DNA of 64,000 nt from Elusimicrobiota bacterium (GCA_043811535.1 JBDRNC010000028.1:32001-96000), one strand, 5' to 3'; counted from the stretch's first letter, positions 1 through 9,133 are shown. A program made the numbers and translations. Notes: generated from the letters alone by a model not told the origin.

Positions 1-94
1 ACAGTATGCTCCCGATATCGAACTGCGTGAACAATACGTACAGCAGCAGTCCGGAAATCAGGTAATTGATGATAAATAACAGTTTCTTTTTCAT
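1..94 (-). CDS. N-terminus of a membrane protein, probably lysylphosphatidylglycerol synthase TM/UPF0104 flippase-like; runs off the window edge
   Basis: Manual translation from ATG at 94: MKKKLLFIINYLISGLLLYVLFTQFDIGSIL; hydrophobic helix typical of this family's N-terminus. Confidence 0.45.
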   Translation of the reverse strand, partial: MKKKLLFIINYLISGLLLYVLFTQFDIGSIL

Positions 95-174
95 CCCGTT
101 AGACCTTTTACTAACTTACGAATACTTTCTTCGCCGATTGTCCATCCCATCAGACCCGGAAGGTCTAACGGGAT
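93..174. mobile_element. MITE-like element with 15-bp perfect terminal inverted repeats
   Basis: atcccgttagacctt (93-107) / aaggtctaacgggat (160-174); related ends at 14492-14609. Confidence 0.7.
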
Positions 175-196
175 TCATTCTTTCTCCCATTTCCTT

Positions 197-234
197 TTCC
201 CTCCCCCCTTGAGGGGGCAGGGCAGGGTGGGGGG
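197..234. repeat. C-rich/G-rich REP-like palindrome (half copy)
   Basis: ttccctccccccttgagggggcagggcagggtgggggg resembles the left half of 15376-15467. Confidence 0.6.
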
Positions 235-241
235 TACTGCT

Positions 242-1609
242 TCAACTGCCAAATACTGAAAATACTTTCCTGGGATAATAATTAAGATATATCTTAAATC
301 TAATATCTTTCTTTATAAGCGCTATGAGCAGCTGTCCCGCGACCACGGCTATGCCCGGCACCAGCCCGAACAGCCAATATAGCTCCCGCGTCTGTGACGG
401 CAGAAGGGGCAGTAATTTGAATATCTTTCTGAAACAGCTGTTCGCGTACCTCATCGGGCTCTCGTCGTTGTCCGTGCTGAAAAAGTCGCCGACATAATCG
501 GAATGCTTGTACTGACCGATCCCGGCGTCCGGGTAAACAACAAGGTTATGGCATTTCACCCTGTTCAGCATTTTGCAGTTTGAATATATCTTTGCCGCAA
601 GCTTGTGGTCCTCTACACTTTCTCCGGGAAGCCCGAACATGTGGTCCGCGTCATAACGCAGTCCCGCCCAGTCGCATGCCGAGAAAGCGCTCAGGATCTG
701 CGCGTTTGTCTCCGGGCGGTGCAGCGTCCCGGAGCGTATCTTTTCATTGAATGTCTGGACGCCGAACTCCACGCAGTAACACCCGCTGTTCTTGAGCATC
801 AGCGCGACACCGGCGTCAAAACCGTCAACCTTGCCGAAGCATTTGAACGGCACTGCGATCTCCTTATTATATAGGTATAGGAATCTTTCAAGCCACGCTC
901 TATCCTGCGTGAAGACCGAATCCTTGAATATTACTTCTTTGAACCCGTATCTTTGCTTTCCGGCCGCCATTTCAAGGATAACGTGCTCCGGAGTCCTGCG
1001 CCTGAAATAGCCCGCGCCGTACTTCTCTCCGTGAAGCGCCTCTTCGCAGTACGAACAGCTGAATCTGCAGCCCTTGCTTGTATATATAAGGTAGCTGTCG
1101 CCGAAGTTCACGTATTTCCGGAACAATCCCTTATCCGGAAGCGGCAGTTTGTCCAGCGCCGCGAGCTCGTTCGTTTCAATATTTGAATTCATGTCGTTCT
1201 CAATGAATCTTTTGAATACAATCTCCGGTTCGCCTTTAAGTACATAATCGAAATTCGCGCCCTCGTATCCGGACTGAGTGATGCAGACGGCCTTCAAGTC
1301 CGGTTTCCGGCTTTTAGCTTCCATAAGCACGCGTTCGGCCCAGCCGCGCGTGTTGAAGTTGTCTATATAGATAACCGTATCCGGCCCGCTCTCAATAATC
1401 CTGCGGATTGTTCCGTTCTCTCTAGAAAGCATTTTATTCAGCAGCGGCATGTAGAACACGTTGTCGCTCACGCCGAACACATCCTGGTCAAAAACAAGGC
1501 CGGTCTTATATCCGGCTTGTTTCGCGAACGCCGATAAAACCTCTATCGCCGCGGTATCGCGCACGGTGTAACGGCCCTTGTAGATGAAGGTAATATTTTT
1601 GTTATCCAT
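242..1609 (-). CDS. B12-binding-domain radical SAM protein
   Basis: CRFSCSYC CxxxCxxC motif, GEPE and LPLPD motifs, FGVQT, GLPGES. Confidence 0.85.
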   Translation of the reverse strand: MDNKNITFIYKGRYTVRDTAAIEVLSAFAKQAGYKTGLVFDQDVFGVSDNVFYMPLLNKMLSRENGTIRRIIESGPDTVIYIDNFNTRGWAERVLMEAKSRKPDLKAVCITQSGYEGANFDYVLKGEPEIVFKRFIENDMNSNIETNELAALDKLPLPDKGLFRKYVNFGDSYLIYTSKGCRFSCSYCEEALHGEKYGAGYFRRRTPEHVILEMAAGKQRYGFKEVIFKDSVFTQDRAWLERFLYLYNKEIAVPFKCFGKVDGFDAGVALMLKNSGCYCVEFGVQTFNEKIRSGTLHRPETNAQILSAFSACDWAGLRYDADHMFGLPGESVEDHKLAAKIYSNCKMLNRVKCHNLVVYPDAGIGQYKHSDYVGDFFSTDNDESPMRYANSCFRKIFKLLPLLPSQTRELYWLFGLVPGIAVVAGQLLIALIKKDIRFKIYLNYYPRKVFSVFGS

Positions 1610-3116
1610 TTTGCCTTACCCACGCGAGCTTCTTCGCGAGCACCTTGAATATGTTCTCCGAATAAGCCGCGTAATTCTTGTGCGCCCTGGAAACGCTCTC
1701 CTGCGAAAAGACCATTCCCGCGAACGCGAAGAATTTCCTGAAAAATTCCGCGAAAGACCTGCAGTGGAACGCGTGCCTTAAGAGGAATCCCGGCCTTGAG
1801 TAGTACTGGATGTAGGCCCACTTCGCCAATTTGTCAACCTCTTCGTTCTTTATCGATTTCAGCCACGGTCTCGGAAGCAGTCTGTCCTTCTCCCTGCCGG
1901 CGATCCAGTCTGCCCAGTAATCGCGCCATCCGCCGGCAACCATCTCTTTCCACATTCCCGTGCCCGGCTTGGCAAGCAGTTTGGAGAACTGCACGTATTC
2001 AAGGTCCAGTTTTTTCGCGAACTCAAGCGTTTGTTTCACGGTCGCTTTCGTTTCTCCGGGAACGCCCACAAGGAAGAAACCGAGATTCTGTATTCCTATG
2101 CTTTTTGAGACCGCTATCGTATTTTCAACCTGTTCAAGCGTTATTCCTTTATTCATCGCGTCAAGGACTTCCTGGCAGCCGTGCTCTATTCCCCAGTATA
2201 TCCTGCGGCACCCTGCCGAATGCATCTCTTTGAGAAGCCCTTCGTCAACTGTGTCTATCCTTGAGCGGCACGCCCAAGTGATATCCAGGCCGTTTTCCTT
2301 AATGAGCCGGCAGATCTCGCTGACCCTGCTCCTGATGCCGGTGAACTCGTAGTCAAAGATATCTATTTCGCGTATGCCGTATTTTTCAGAGCATTCTTTC
2401 ATTTCGCTGACTACAGTTTCCGGGCTTCTCGGGTTATACGCGCTTCCGCCCGCTTCGCAGAAACTGCAGCGGAACGGGCATCCCAGCGAAGTCACCATCA
2501 CGGTGAAGTTCTTATTCTGCGTAGGGAACTCGGCGTACAGTTCGTTCGGAAGCAGGTCCCTGGCCGGGTTCGGGAACTTGTCAAAATCCACCTTTTGCGG
2601 GTGGGGATTCACTATGATTTTCCCGTCATTTTTCCACGCAAGCCCAGGGACGCTCTCAAGGTCATTCTCGCCGCTTTCCAGCGTTTTCAGGAGTGCCGGC
2701 ACGGTATAATACGCGTGTTCAACGCAGCCGAAATCTATTATATCATGCGCCAGCGATTCCTCAGGATAGACCCTCAGGTTATACCCGCCAATGAGGACCT
2801 TTGCGTCCACCCCTTTCCCCTTCAAACCGCTCTTGAGGAACTTGAGCCATTCAAGCGTCTCGGGGAACATGTAAGTGGTCATCATAGAGCCGATGACGTC
2901 GGGTTTATAACTCGTTAATTTTTCAAGCACTTCTTCCTTTGTCAATCTGAGGGTCCTTGCGTCAATTATCACCGCTTCGTGCCCGGCCTGCCTGATTATG
3001 GCGGCTACCCAGGCGAGCGAAAGCGGCGGGAACAACCCGAAGTATTTCTGCACGATCCTCAGGTTTTCCTCGTGCTCTTTATAGGAGAATGGATTAAAAA
3101 CCAGCGCTACTTTCAT
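1602..3116 (-). CDS. B12-binding-domain radical SAM protein (class B methyltransferase-like)
   Basis: PPLSLAWVAA cobalamin-domain start, SLGCPFRCSFC, GIEHG, GVPGET. Confidence 0.9.
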   Translation of the reverse strand: MKVALVFNPFSYKEHEENLRIVQKYFGLFPPLSLAWVAAIIRQAGHEAVIIDARTLRLTKEEVLEKLTSYKPDVIGSMMTTYMFPETLEWLKFLKSGLKGKGVDAKVLIGGYNLRVYPEESLAHDIIDFGCVEHAYYTVPALLKTLESGENDLESVPGLAWKNDGKIIVNPHPQKVDFDKFPNPARDLLPNELYAEFPTQNKNFTVMVTSLGCPFRCSFCEAGGSAYNPRSPETVVSEMKECSEKYGIREIDIFDYEFTGIRSRVSEICRLIKENGLDITWACRSRIDTVDEGLLKEMHSAGCRRIYWGIEHGCQEVLDAMNKGITLEQVENTIAVSKSIGIQNLGFFLVGVPGETKATVKQTLEFAKKLDLEYVQFSKLLAKPGTGMWKEMVAGGWRDYWADWIAGREKDRLLPRPWLKSIKNEEVDKLAKWAYIQYYSRPGFLLRHAFHCRSFAEFFRKFFAFAGMVFSQESVSRAHKNYAAYSENIFKVLAKKLAWVRQNG

Positions 3117-3796
3117 TTCTTCCCCTTCTTCTTGTCCGGAACCGCATCCTTTCCTTTCGCCGCCGCGCTTATCTCGGCGTCTTTATCTTTTTCGAGTATT
3201 TTCAATTCATTTTTCGCCCTGGCGGAGCTTAAATTCCTAAGGCTTTTCACCGCGAACTTCCTTAATTCCTTTTTTTCCTTGTCTCTTGAGACTTTGATTA
3301 TCTCGTCGGAAGCCCTGTCGTCGTTGTAAGTCCTCAAAGTGTTTAAGGCGCTTTTCTGCACTTTTTCTTCCTGCTCGTTCTCAAGCAGGCTTGAAAGCGC
3401 CTGCATTATTTCCCTGCTGTTGCCGAAATACGCAAGATTGATGACCGCCCTGTTCCTTACATCTTCGTTAGGGTCGTTCAGCGCGCTTAGAATCGCTTTC
3501 AGCGCGTCCGGCGAATGTTGTATTGTCCATGCTTTTATAATGCTTATCTTAACCATGTTGCTTTTTTCCGAAGCGAACTGGTCCATGAGAACTTTTGTCG
3601 ATTCCGTGCTCTGTACGGCCGCGAACCACTGAACAGCCGCCAGCCTTTCGGAAACGGCAGGAGCTTTAAGGTCTTTCTGCTTCGCCTTGAACTCCTTGTC
3701 GTCAACCGCGTACGCCGCGGCAACGGACGCCAAAAAGATGATGATGAAACAGGTTTTTATCTTCATCCCGCTTAGGTCTTTTTTGTTTATTCTCAT
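3113..3796 (-). CDS. Secreted HEAT-repeat protein
   Basis: Signal-peptide-like segment followed by PBS-lyase HEAT-like repeats (LNDPNEDVRNRAVINL); start may be 3766. Confidence 0.7.
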   Translation of the reverse strand: MRINKKDLSGMKIKTCFIIIFLASVAAAYAVDDKEFKAKQKDLKAPAVSERLAAVQWFAAVQSTESTKVLMDQFASEKSNMVKISIIKAWTIQHSPDALKAILSALNDPNEDVRNRAVINLAYFGNSREIMQALSSLLENEQEEKVQKSALNTLRTYNDDRASDEIIKVSRDKEKKELRKFAVKSLRNLSSARAKNELKILEKDKDAEISAAAKGKDAVPDKKKGKK

Positions 3797-3850
3797 GTTA
3801 TTCTCTATTCGTCCATGTTGTCCCGCCCGCTTTGAGGGCCTGACGGGATT

Positions 3851-4084
3851 CTATTTTATCTGCCTTACCGAATTACCGGAAAAATCCAGCACCGTTCCGC
3901 CCCTGAGCTCCACGATTATGTCCAGCTCTATCTGCGGGTCGTGCAGGAAGCAGAGCATTTTCTTCTGGAGGTTGTCCAAAACCTCGCCGATGCTCTCTCC
4001 GCGCGCGCGAAGGCTGTCCGCGACGGGCGAGTACGCGGTGTATAAGCCGTTTTCGCTTCTTTCCACGACAATTCTGTATTTCAC
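3851..4084 (-). CDS. HicB-like antitoxin domain protein
   Basis: YRIVVERSENGLYTAYSP...ARGESIGEVLDNL matches the HicB N-terminal pattern; RBS gaggt upstream of GTG. Confidence 0.65.
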   Translation of the reverse strand: MKYRIVVERSENGLYTAYSPVADSLRARGESIGEVLDNLQKKMLCFLHDPQIELDIIVELRGGTVLDFSGNSVRQIK

Positions 4085-4101
4085 TGTGACACCTCAACAA
4101 A

Positions 4102-4603
4102 TTGTGTAATGCCTGATGTGTAATGTTTGATGAAATATCAACTTAAACTGCTTACTTTCTCCAAATTAAGCGATTTAATCAATCTTCCCATCATGTTGCA
4201 TATATGAATGCATTTTGACCTTAGATTCCAATGGTTCTCTCTCAATATCATTTCTTCACTAAGCAGCAATGTAATCATCGGAACGCACTCCCTTGCTGAA
4301 TCTAAAGCGGTATTGTAATAAGTTGCCTTCCATTTCTTTGATGTTTTACCGCTGCCTTCAGCAATGTTGTTGACAACTGACAGCGACGCTCTTACAAACT
4401 GGTCTCCGATGGAATACTTAAACTCGCGTGGCAATGACTTGTACACCTTGAAAGCTTCCTTAACGAATTCCATAGAGATTTTGTAAACCTCCATTTTTTC
4501 AAAATCAAAAACAAAATCGGCATACGTACTCATATACCTTATCCCCCATAAAATGAAGTAATGTGCGTGATTCATCACACATCACACATTTTTCATTACA
4601 CAA
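4102..4603. mobile_element. Putative element: 33-bp imperfect inverted heptamer arrays enclosing a four-helix-bundle gene
   Basis: ttgtgtaatgcctgatgtgtaatgtttgatgaa (4102-4134) vs reverse complement of 4571-4603 ttgtgtaatgaaaaatgtgtgatgtgtgatgaa, 27/33 identical. Confidence 0.7.
4138..4533 (-). CDS. Four helix bundle protein (23S rRNA intervening-sequence protein / Avd-like family)
   Basis: FEKMEVYK...LPREFKYSIGDQFVRASLSVVNNIAEGSG...ALDSARE family signature; start set at ATG 4533 after a purine-rich RBS. Confidence 0.9.
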   Translation of the reverse strand: MSTYADFVFDFEKMEVYKISMEFVKEAFKVYKSLPREFKYSIGDQFVRASLSVVNNIAEGSGKTSKKWKATYYNTALDSARECVPMITLLLSEEMILRENHWNLRSKCIHICNMMGRLIKSLNLEKVSSLS

Positions 4604-4762
4604 TATTAAGATGTTTTGTTTCTTTTTGTTGTCGCTATACCTCCAAATGCCAAGGATTATCCCGATGCCTTTCATCGGGATCTTTCTTGGCACCCGGTTG
4701 AAAGAATACTTCTTTAATAAATTAAAGAAGCTCCGTCAAAACAGGGTGCCTTGGCATTTGGA

Positions 4763-5263
4763 TTAACAGCGCAACACTTGGAGGGCTAAAGATTTTGCGG
4801 CTGGCGTAAAGCAATTGGGGAGTAGCGACAAAAGAGTGCACGAAACAGCGAACACGAAGAGGTTGGTGAGCAGAACAAGGAGCTTGTCCCAGTTTTTCCT
4901 TACAGGAAGGAGAGCATAGAATATATCTGAGGTTTTCTGAGGCAGCGATCTCGCGATGGCGTGCGCCGTCAGGTTCAGATTTTTTCTGAGCACGGAGAGC
5001 GCCGTAGCGATTGAATACAGCTCTGATTTCGTCAGAAGTTCGAAAATGCCGTATTGGAAAATCTGTTTGAGTTCTTGTTTTGCCGAAGAAGCCGCTATAG
5101 GCTGGTTGTTGGCGTCGCGGGCGTCAAGGTCTTCAAAAGAAAGGGCATCCTGAGTGATATTTGGAAATACAAAAACTCCCTCTTCGGATGAATTTGCAAC
5201 CGCAATTACACAAATTACACCCACGCAAATACAAAGAATAAGAAGGGGGAGTTTCCAGTTCAT
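4763..5263 (-). CDS. Hypothetical membrane/secreted protein
   Basis: N-terminal hydrophobic helix and C-terminal TM segment; immediately downstream of a riboswitch. Confidence 0.6.
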   Translation of the reverse strand: MNWKLPLLILCICVGVICVIAVANSSEEGVFVFPNITQDALSFEDLDARDANNQPIAASSAKQELKQIFQYGIFELLTKSELYSIATALSVLRKNLNLTAHAIARSLPQKTSDIFYALLPVRKNWDKLLVLLTNLFVFAVSCTLLSLLPNCFTPAAKSLALQVLRC

Positions 5264-5273
5264 TATTTATACC

Positions 5274-5388
5274 TTCGGTAACCCAGCCAGCCCTTGAACT
5301 AGTGGTAAATATTAACGCTCAATGATCGTTCAAGTAGGCCCTGTTGGCTTTGCGCCCCCGGATTACTCCGGGTTTGCCGTTTCGGGTA
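5274..5388 (-). ncRNA. c-di-GMP-I (GEMM) riboswitch
   Basis: Minus strand GGCAAACCCGGA-GTAA-TCCGGGGGCGCAAAGCC...GGCCTA...GGGTTACCGAA; G at the position equivalent to G20 (c-di-GMP type). Confidence 0.9.
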
Positions 5389-5406
5389 ACATTCCCTTTC
5401 GTTATG

Positions 5407-5435
5407 AGTATAGCAGACGTTCTATTTCTTGTCAA
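5407..5435 (-). promoter_or_regulatory. Sigma70-type promoter of the riboswitch transcript
   Basis: TTGACA-17 bp-TATACT on the minus strand. Confidence 0.7.
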
Positions 5436-5559
5436 GTATTTTTACAAATATTTTATATTGAAAAATCAAAGGAATATTCCATATACTTCTTATTGAATTT
5501 ACGCCTATTTTTGATATCCCTCAATATTTTATCAACGGTGTGACTTATGTCACAGTGTT

Positions 5560-5637
5560 GCTTAAATGGTTAAATGGCTTAATTGCTAAATGGCTAAAAG
5601 CCGTTAGCAATTTAGCCATAGAGCCATTTAGCCATGT
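5560..5637. repeat. Octamer (ATGGCTAA/TTAGCCAT) inverted-array hairpin
   Basis: aaatggttaaatggcttaattgctaaatggctaa ... ttagcaatttagccatagagccatttagccat. Confidence 0.8.
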
Positions 5638-5647
5638 GTTTTTAGCT

Positions 5648-6193
5648 CTATTTTCCATGCTTTTTTGCAAACGCGGCATGAGAAAGTATCGCTATCACTG
5701 TTTTAGAGTCTTTTATTCTGCCGGATCGTATCCACTTGAGCGCCTGTTTCAGTTGGACTGTTTTTGCGGCGATGAATTCGTCATCGTCCGGACAGGATTT
5801 CGATTTTGACAGTCTATCCGCTGTATAAACGTGTATAACCTCGTCGGAAAACGCGGGCGTCGGCCAGAAAGAGCATATTTTCTTCACGCGGCCCGGCCTG
5901 TAGCCGGTTTCCTCTTCAAGCTCGCGCCTTACGCATGACAAAGGATTCTCCCCCTTGTCCAGTTTTCCGGCCGGGATCTCATATGTTATTTTTTCCACCG
6001 GATAGCGGTACTGTTTTACGAGAATCACGCGTTCTTTGTCGAGAAACGGCAGGACGGCGACCGCGCCGGGATGGTCCATGTACTCCCTTATCGCTTTCTT
6101 TCCGTCGGGAAGCTTAATTTCATCAATATAGAAATTAACAGCTTTGCCTTTCAGCGTTTTAATCCTTCTGTTGAATGTTTCTTTCATTTTCAT
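5648..6193 (-). CDS. nudF: NUDIX hydrolase, ADP-ribose pyrophosphatase
   Basis: HPGAVAVLP, QYRYP, EIPAGKLDKGE...RRELEEETG Nudix box. Confidence 0.85.
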   Translation of the reverse strand: MKMKETFNRRIKTLKGKAVNFYIDEIKLPDGKKAIREYMDHPGAVAVLPFLDKERVILVKQYRYPVEKITYEIPAGKLDKGENPLSCVRRELEEETGYRPGRVKKICSFWPTPAFSDEVIHVYTADRLSKSKSCPDDDEFIAAKTVQLKQALKWIRSGRIKDSKTVIAILSHAAFAKKHGK

Positions 6194-6264
6194 GTTGTAT
6201 TCCGGTGGTATTTCTTATTTATTTTACATCTATTTTTAAAAAAACACAACAGCATGATAAAGTG

Positions 6265-6293
6265 TTGACAATAAACGCTTGTTTTATTATAAT
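6265..6293 (+). promoter_or_regulatory. Consensus sigma70 promoter for ndk-pckG
   Basis: TTGACA (6265-6270)-17 bp-TATAAT (6288-6293). Confidence 0.8.
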
Positions 6294-6317
6294 CTGTGTT
6301 CATAGAAAGGGGTCCTT

Positions 6318-6848
6318 ATGTCAACCACTAACGGAAAAAACATACAGCACGTGCTTGTCCTAATCAAACCGGACGGTCTGAAGAAATCGCTCACGGGAAA
6401 CATCCTCACGAAGCTTTCCGAAGCGAAACTTACGATAATCGCGGCGAAAGTCGTGCATGTCAGCGTCGAGCTCGCCGAGGATCATTATAAACACCTGAAA
6501 ACGAAGCCGTTTTTCGGGGAACTCATCCGCTACATACGCGGCGATCAGCACGGGGAAGCGTACAGCCGCGTCCTCGCTCTCGTCTATAAAGGGAGCAGCG
6601 CGATAGAAAAGCTCCGCGAGATAGCGGGCGCGACGAACCCGGAAGACGCGGACCCCGTCTCCATACGCGGCGCGTACGGCCGCATAACGACAAAAGGCGT
6701 GTACGAGAACGTCATTCATTGCTCGTCGGACGCGGCGGAAGCCGAACGCGAAATAAAACTGTGGTTCCAGCCTTCCGAACTTTGCTGCGAAGTCTATCCT
6801 TCCAAGAAGGTTACGAAAGAGAAATGTGAACACGAGGTTTGGGCATAA
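6318..6848 (+). CDS. ndk: Nucleoside diphosphate kinase
   Basis: LVLIKPDG, GATNP, SIRG, NVIHCSS (catalytic His), AEREIKLWF. Confidence 0.95.
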   Translation: MSTTNGKNIQHVLVLIKPDGLKKSLTGNILTKLSEAKLTIIAAKVVHVSVELAEDHYKHLKTKPFFGELIRYIRGDQHGEAYSRVLALVYKGSSAIEKLREIAGATNPEDADPVSIRGAYGRITTKGVYENVIHCSSDAAEAEREIKLWFQPSELCCEVYPSKKVTKEKCEHEVWA

Positions 6849-6912
6849 TTTAGGTACTGCGGCTGAAAAATTCTTTCCGCATATGGTATAACTACATATA
6901 AATGAGGTTAAA

Positions 6913-8691
6913 ATGGCAACTTACGTTGAGAAATGGGTCAAAGAACAGGCGGACCTGACAAAACCGGACAAGATACACTGGATGGACGGTTCGGAAAAGG
7001 AAACGCGGGAGCTGGTCCGCATCGGCGTTGAACATGAAATGATAGGAAAGCATCACACATTTGCCGAACTCAATCATGTTGCTTACCCGAATTCATACCT
7101 GCACCGCTCGCACCCGACGGACGTCGCAAGGACGGAACATTTAACCTTTGTCTGCGTCCCCAACAAGGATGACGCAGGCCCCAATAACAACTGGATGGAA
7201 CCGAAAGAGGCAAAAGATAAACTGGTAAAACTCTTTGACGGATGCATGAAGGGCCGCACGATGTACGTAATACCCTATTTTATGGGAAATCCCGATTCTC
7301 CCTACGCTAAGCCGTGCGTGCAGGTCACAGATTCAGTTTATGTGGCCGTCAGCATGCGCACTATGACGCGCGTGACTAGAAAAGTGCTGGATAAAATAGG
7401 TGATTCCGATTATTTCGTCAAGGGGCTTCATTCCGTGGGCGACTTGAACCCCGAAAGACGCTGGATTATGCATTTTCCCCAGGACAATCTTGTCATGAGC
7501 GTAGGTTCCGGTTACGGCGGAAATGCTCTCTTGGGCAAGAAATGCTTTTCTCTTAGAATAGCGTCGCATCTGGGCCGCAGGGAAGGATGGCTCGCGGAGC
7601 ATATGATCATAATCGGCGTGGAATCCCCTGACGGCGACGTAAAATATTTCCTGGGGGCCTTTCCGTCGGCTTGCGGAAAGACGAACCTCGCGCTTCTTGA
7701 TCCCGTGCTTAAAGGATATAAAGTATGGACCATAGGCGACGACATAGCGTGGCTGAACGTCGGCGAAGACGGCAAATTGTACGCGATAAACCCCGAACAG
7801 GGCTTCTTCGGCGTAGCTCCCGGGACCGGATACAACACGAACCCGATAATGATGAAGACGCTCAAGAACGACAAGTTTTTCCCGACGCTTTTCACAAACA
7901 CTGCGGTTGACAACGACAATAACACCCCGTGGTGGGAAGGCGCGAGCGACGGAATGCCCGCAAACCTTACCGACTGGCAGGGCAACAAGTATGATCCGGC
8001 TTCCGGCAAGCCCGCGGCGCACCCGAATTCAAGATTTACGGTCTCGGTTTACAACTGCCCGACGCTTTCAAAGGAATTTGACAACCCGAAAGGCGTCCCG
8101 ATCTCCGGAATCATCTTCGGCGGCAGGAGAAAAACCACTATACCGCTCGTCTATGAGAGCTTTGACTGGGCGCACGGCGTTTTTCTCGCGTCCATCATGG
8201 GCTCCGAGACGACTAGCGCCGCGCTTCACCAGGTCGGCGTGGTAAGGCGCGATCCGATGGCCATGCTGCCGTTCTGCGGATACAACATGGGTGATTATCT
8301 CGCACACTGGATAAGTTTTGATAAAAAACTGAAAGAAAAACCAAAGATTTTCATGGTCAACTGGTTCAGGAAAAATGATGAGGGTAAATTCATCTGGCCC
8401 GGCTTTCGCGAGAACAGCCGCGTTATTAAATGGATGCTTGACAGGATCAATGGCAAGGTTGAAGCGAACAAATCCCCGATCGGCCTTATGCCGGACATCA
8501 AGGATATAGATATGACCGGGCTGAACCTGCCGGAAAAGGACAGGGACAAACTGCTGGAAATAAACAGCGCGGAATGGAAGGCTGAACTGCCGGAAATAGA
8601 GAAATTTTACGACCAGTTCGGCCAGAGAATCCCGAAAGAACTGCGCGATAAGCTCGGACAGTTGAAAAAGGAATTTTCCGTCGGTATATAG
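6913..8691 (+). CDS. pckG: Phosphoenolpyruvate carboxykinase (GTP)
   Basis: GSGYGGNALLGKKC, AFPSACGKTNLA, GDDIAW, AAHPNSRF, RRDPMAMLPFCGY. Confidence 0.97.
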   Translation: MATYVEKWVKEQADLTKPDKIHWMDGSEKETRELVRIGVEHEMIGKHHTFAELNHVAYPNSYLHRSHPTDVARTEHLTFVCVPNKDDAGPNNNWMEPKEAKDKLVKLFDGCMKGRTMYVIPYFMGNPDSPYAKPCVQVTDSVYVAVSMRTMTRVTRKVLDKIGDSDYFVKGLHSVGDLNPERRWIMHFPQDNLVMSVGSGYGGNALLGKKCFSLRIASHLGRREGWLAEHMIIIGVESPDGDVKYFLGAFPSACGKTNLALLDPVLKGYKVWTIGDDIAWLNVGEDGKLYAINPEQGFFGVAPGTGYNTNPIMMKTLKNDKFFPTLFTNTAVDNDNNTPWWEGASDGMPANLTDWQGNKYDPASGKPAAHPNSRFTVSVYNCPTLSKEFDNPKGVPISGIIFGGRRKTTIPLVYESFDWAHGVFLASIMGSETTSAALHQVGVVRRDPMAMLPFCGYNMGDYLAHWISFDKKLKEKPKIFMVNWFRKNDEGKFIWPGFRENSRVIKWMLDRINGKVEANKSPIGLMPDIKDIDMTGLNLPEKDRDKLLEINSAEWKAELPEIEKFYDQFGQRIPKELRDKLGQLKKEFSVGI

Positions 8692-8718
8692 ACGTTTCGG
8701 GTACATTTAAGAAAACCC

Positions 8719-8747
8719 TTGAAAACAACCCGAGGGTTTGCTATAAT
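8719..8747 (+). promoter_or_regulatory. Sigma70-type promoter
   Basis: TTGAAA-17 bp-TATAAT with extended -10 TG. Confidence 0.65.
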
Positions 8748-8777
8748 TGTGTTAAGGTAAAATTTTAATCTCTATTC

Positions 8778-8816
8778 AACGGCCAGGTCTTCCCCCAGCC
8801 TGGCCGTTCTCTTTTA
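8778..8816 (+). terminator. Intrinsic terminator-like hairpin with C-rich loop
   Basis: aacggccagg-tcttcccccag-cctggccgtt followed by ctctttt. Confidence 0.7.
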
Positions 8817-8820
8817 TAAT

Positions 8821-9126
8821 ACTACGATTACACCGATTTTAACTACGATTACACCGATTAAAAACGACGATTCCACGGACAACTTCCGACAAGTAATTAA
8901 TGGAGTCTCCCTGTACTAGGGACTTCATTCAAATAGAATTAATGTTGGTCGCCGATATATCGGGATTAACAACGGCGATTACGCAGATTAAAGCCGTAAT
9001 CCGTGTAATCTCTTATTATATCAGTGTAATTTTAGTTAAAATCTGTGTAATCGTTGTTACTAATCTGTGAAATTGCCGACCACTTTATTATTAATCGGTG
9101 TAATCGTAGTTCAGAATCAGTAATCT
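8821..9126. repeat. GATTACACAGATT-type inverted-array hairpin with nested insert
   Basis: Left units cgattacaccgatt x2, cgattccacggac, cgattacgcagatt; right units aatccgtgtaatc, aatctgtgtaatcg, aatcggtgtaatcg. Confidence 0.8.
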
Positions 9127-9133
9127 TCGTTAT

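Noticed and set aside
4138..4533. Diversity-generating retroelement suggested by the Avd-like fold
   Set aside because: No reverse transcriptase and no TR/VR pair differing at adenines was seen in the window.
7333..8706. Long antisense ORFs over pckG, hppA and the RND genes
   Set aside because: Shadow ORFs expected from codon bias on the opposite strand of well-supported genes.
8821..9126. Possible CRISPR array from spaced GATTACAC.GATT repeats (also 29526-29676)
   Set aside because: Units are about 13 nt, spacers mostly under 15 nt, orientation flips mid-array, and no cas genes are present.
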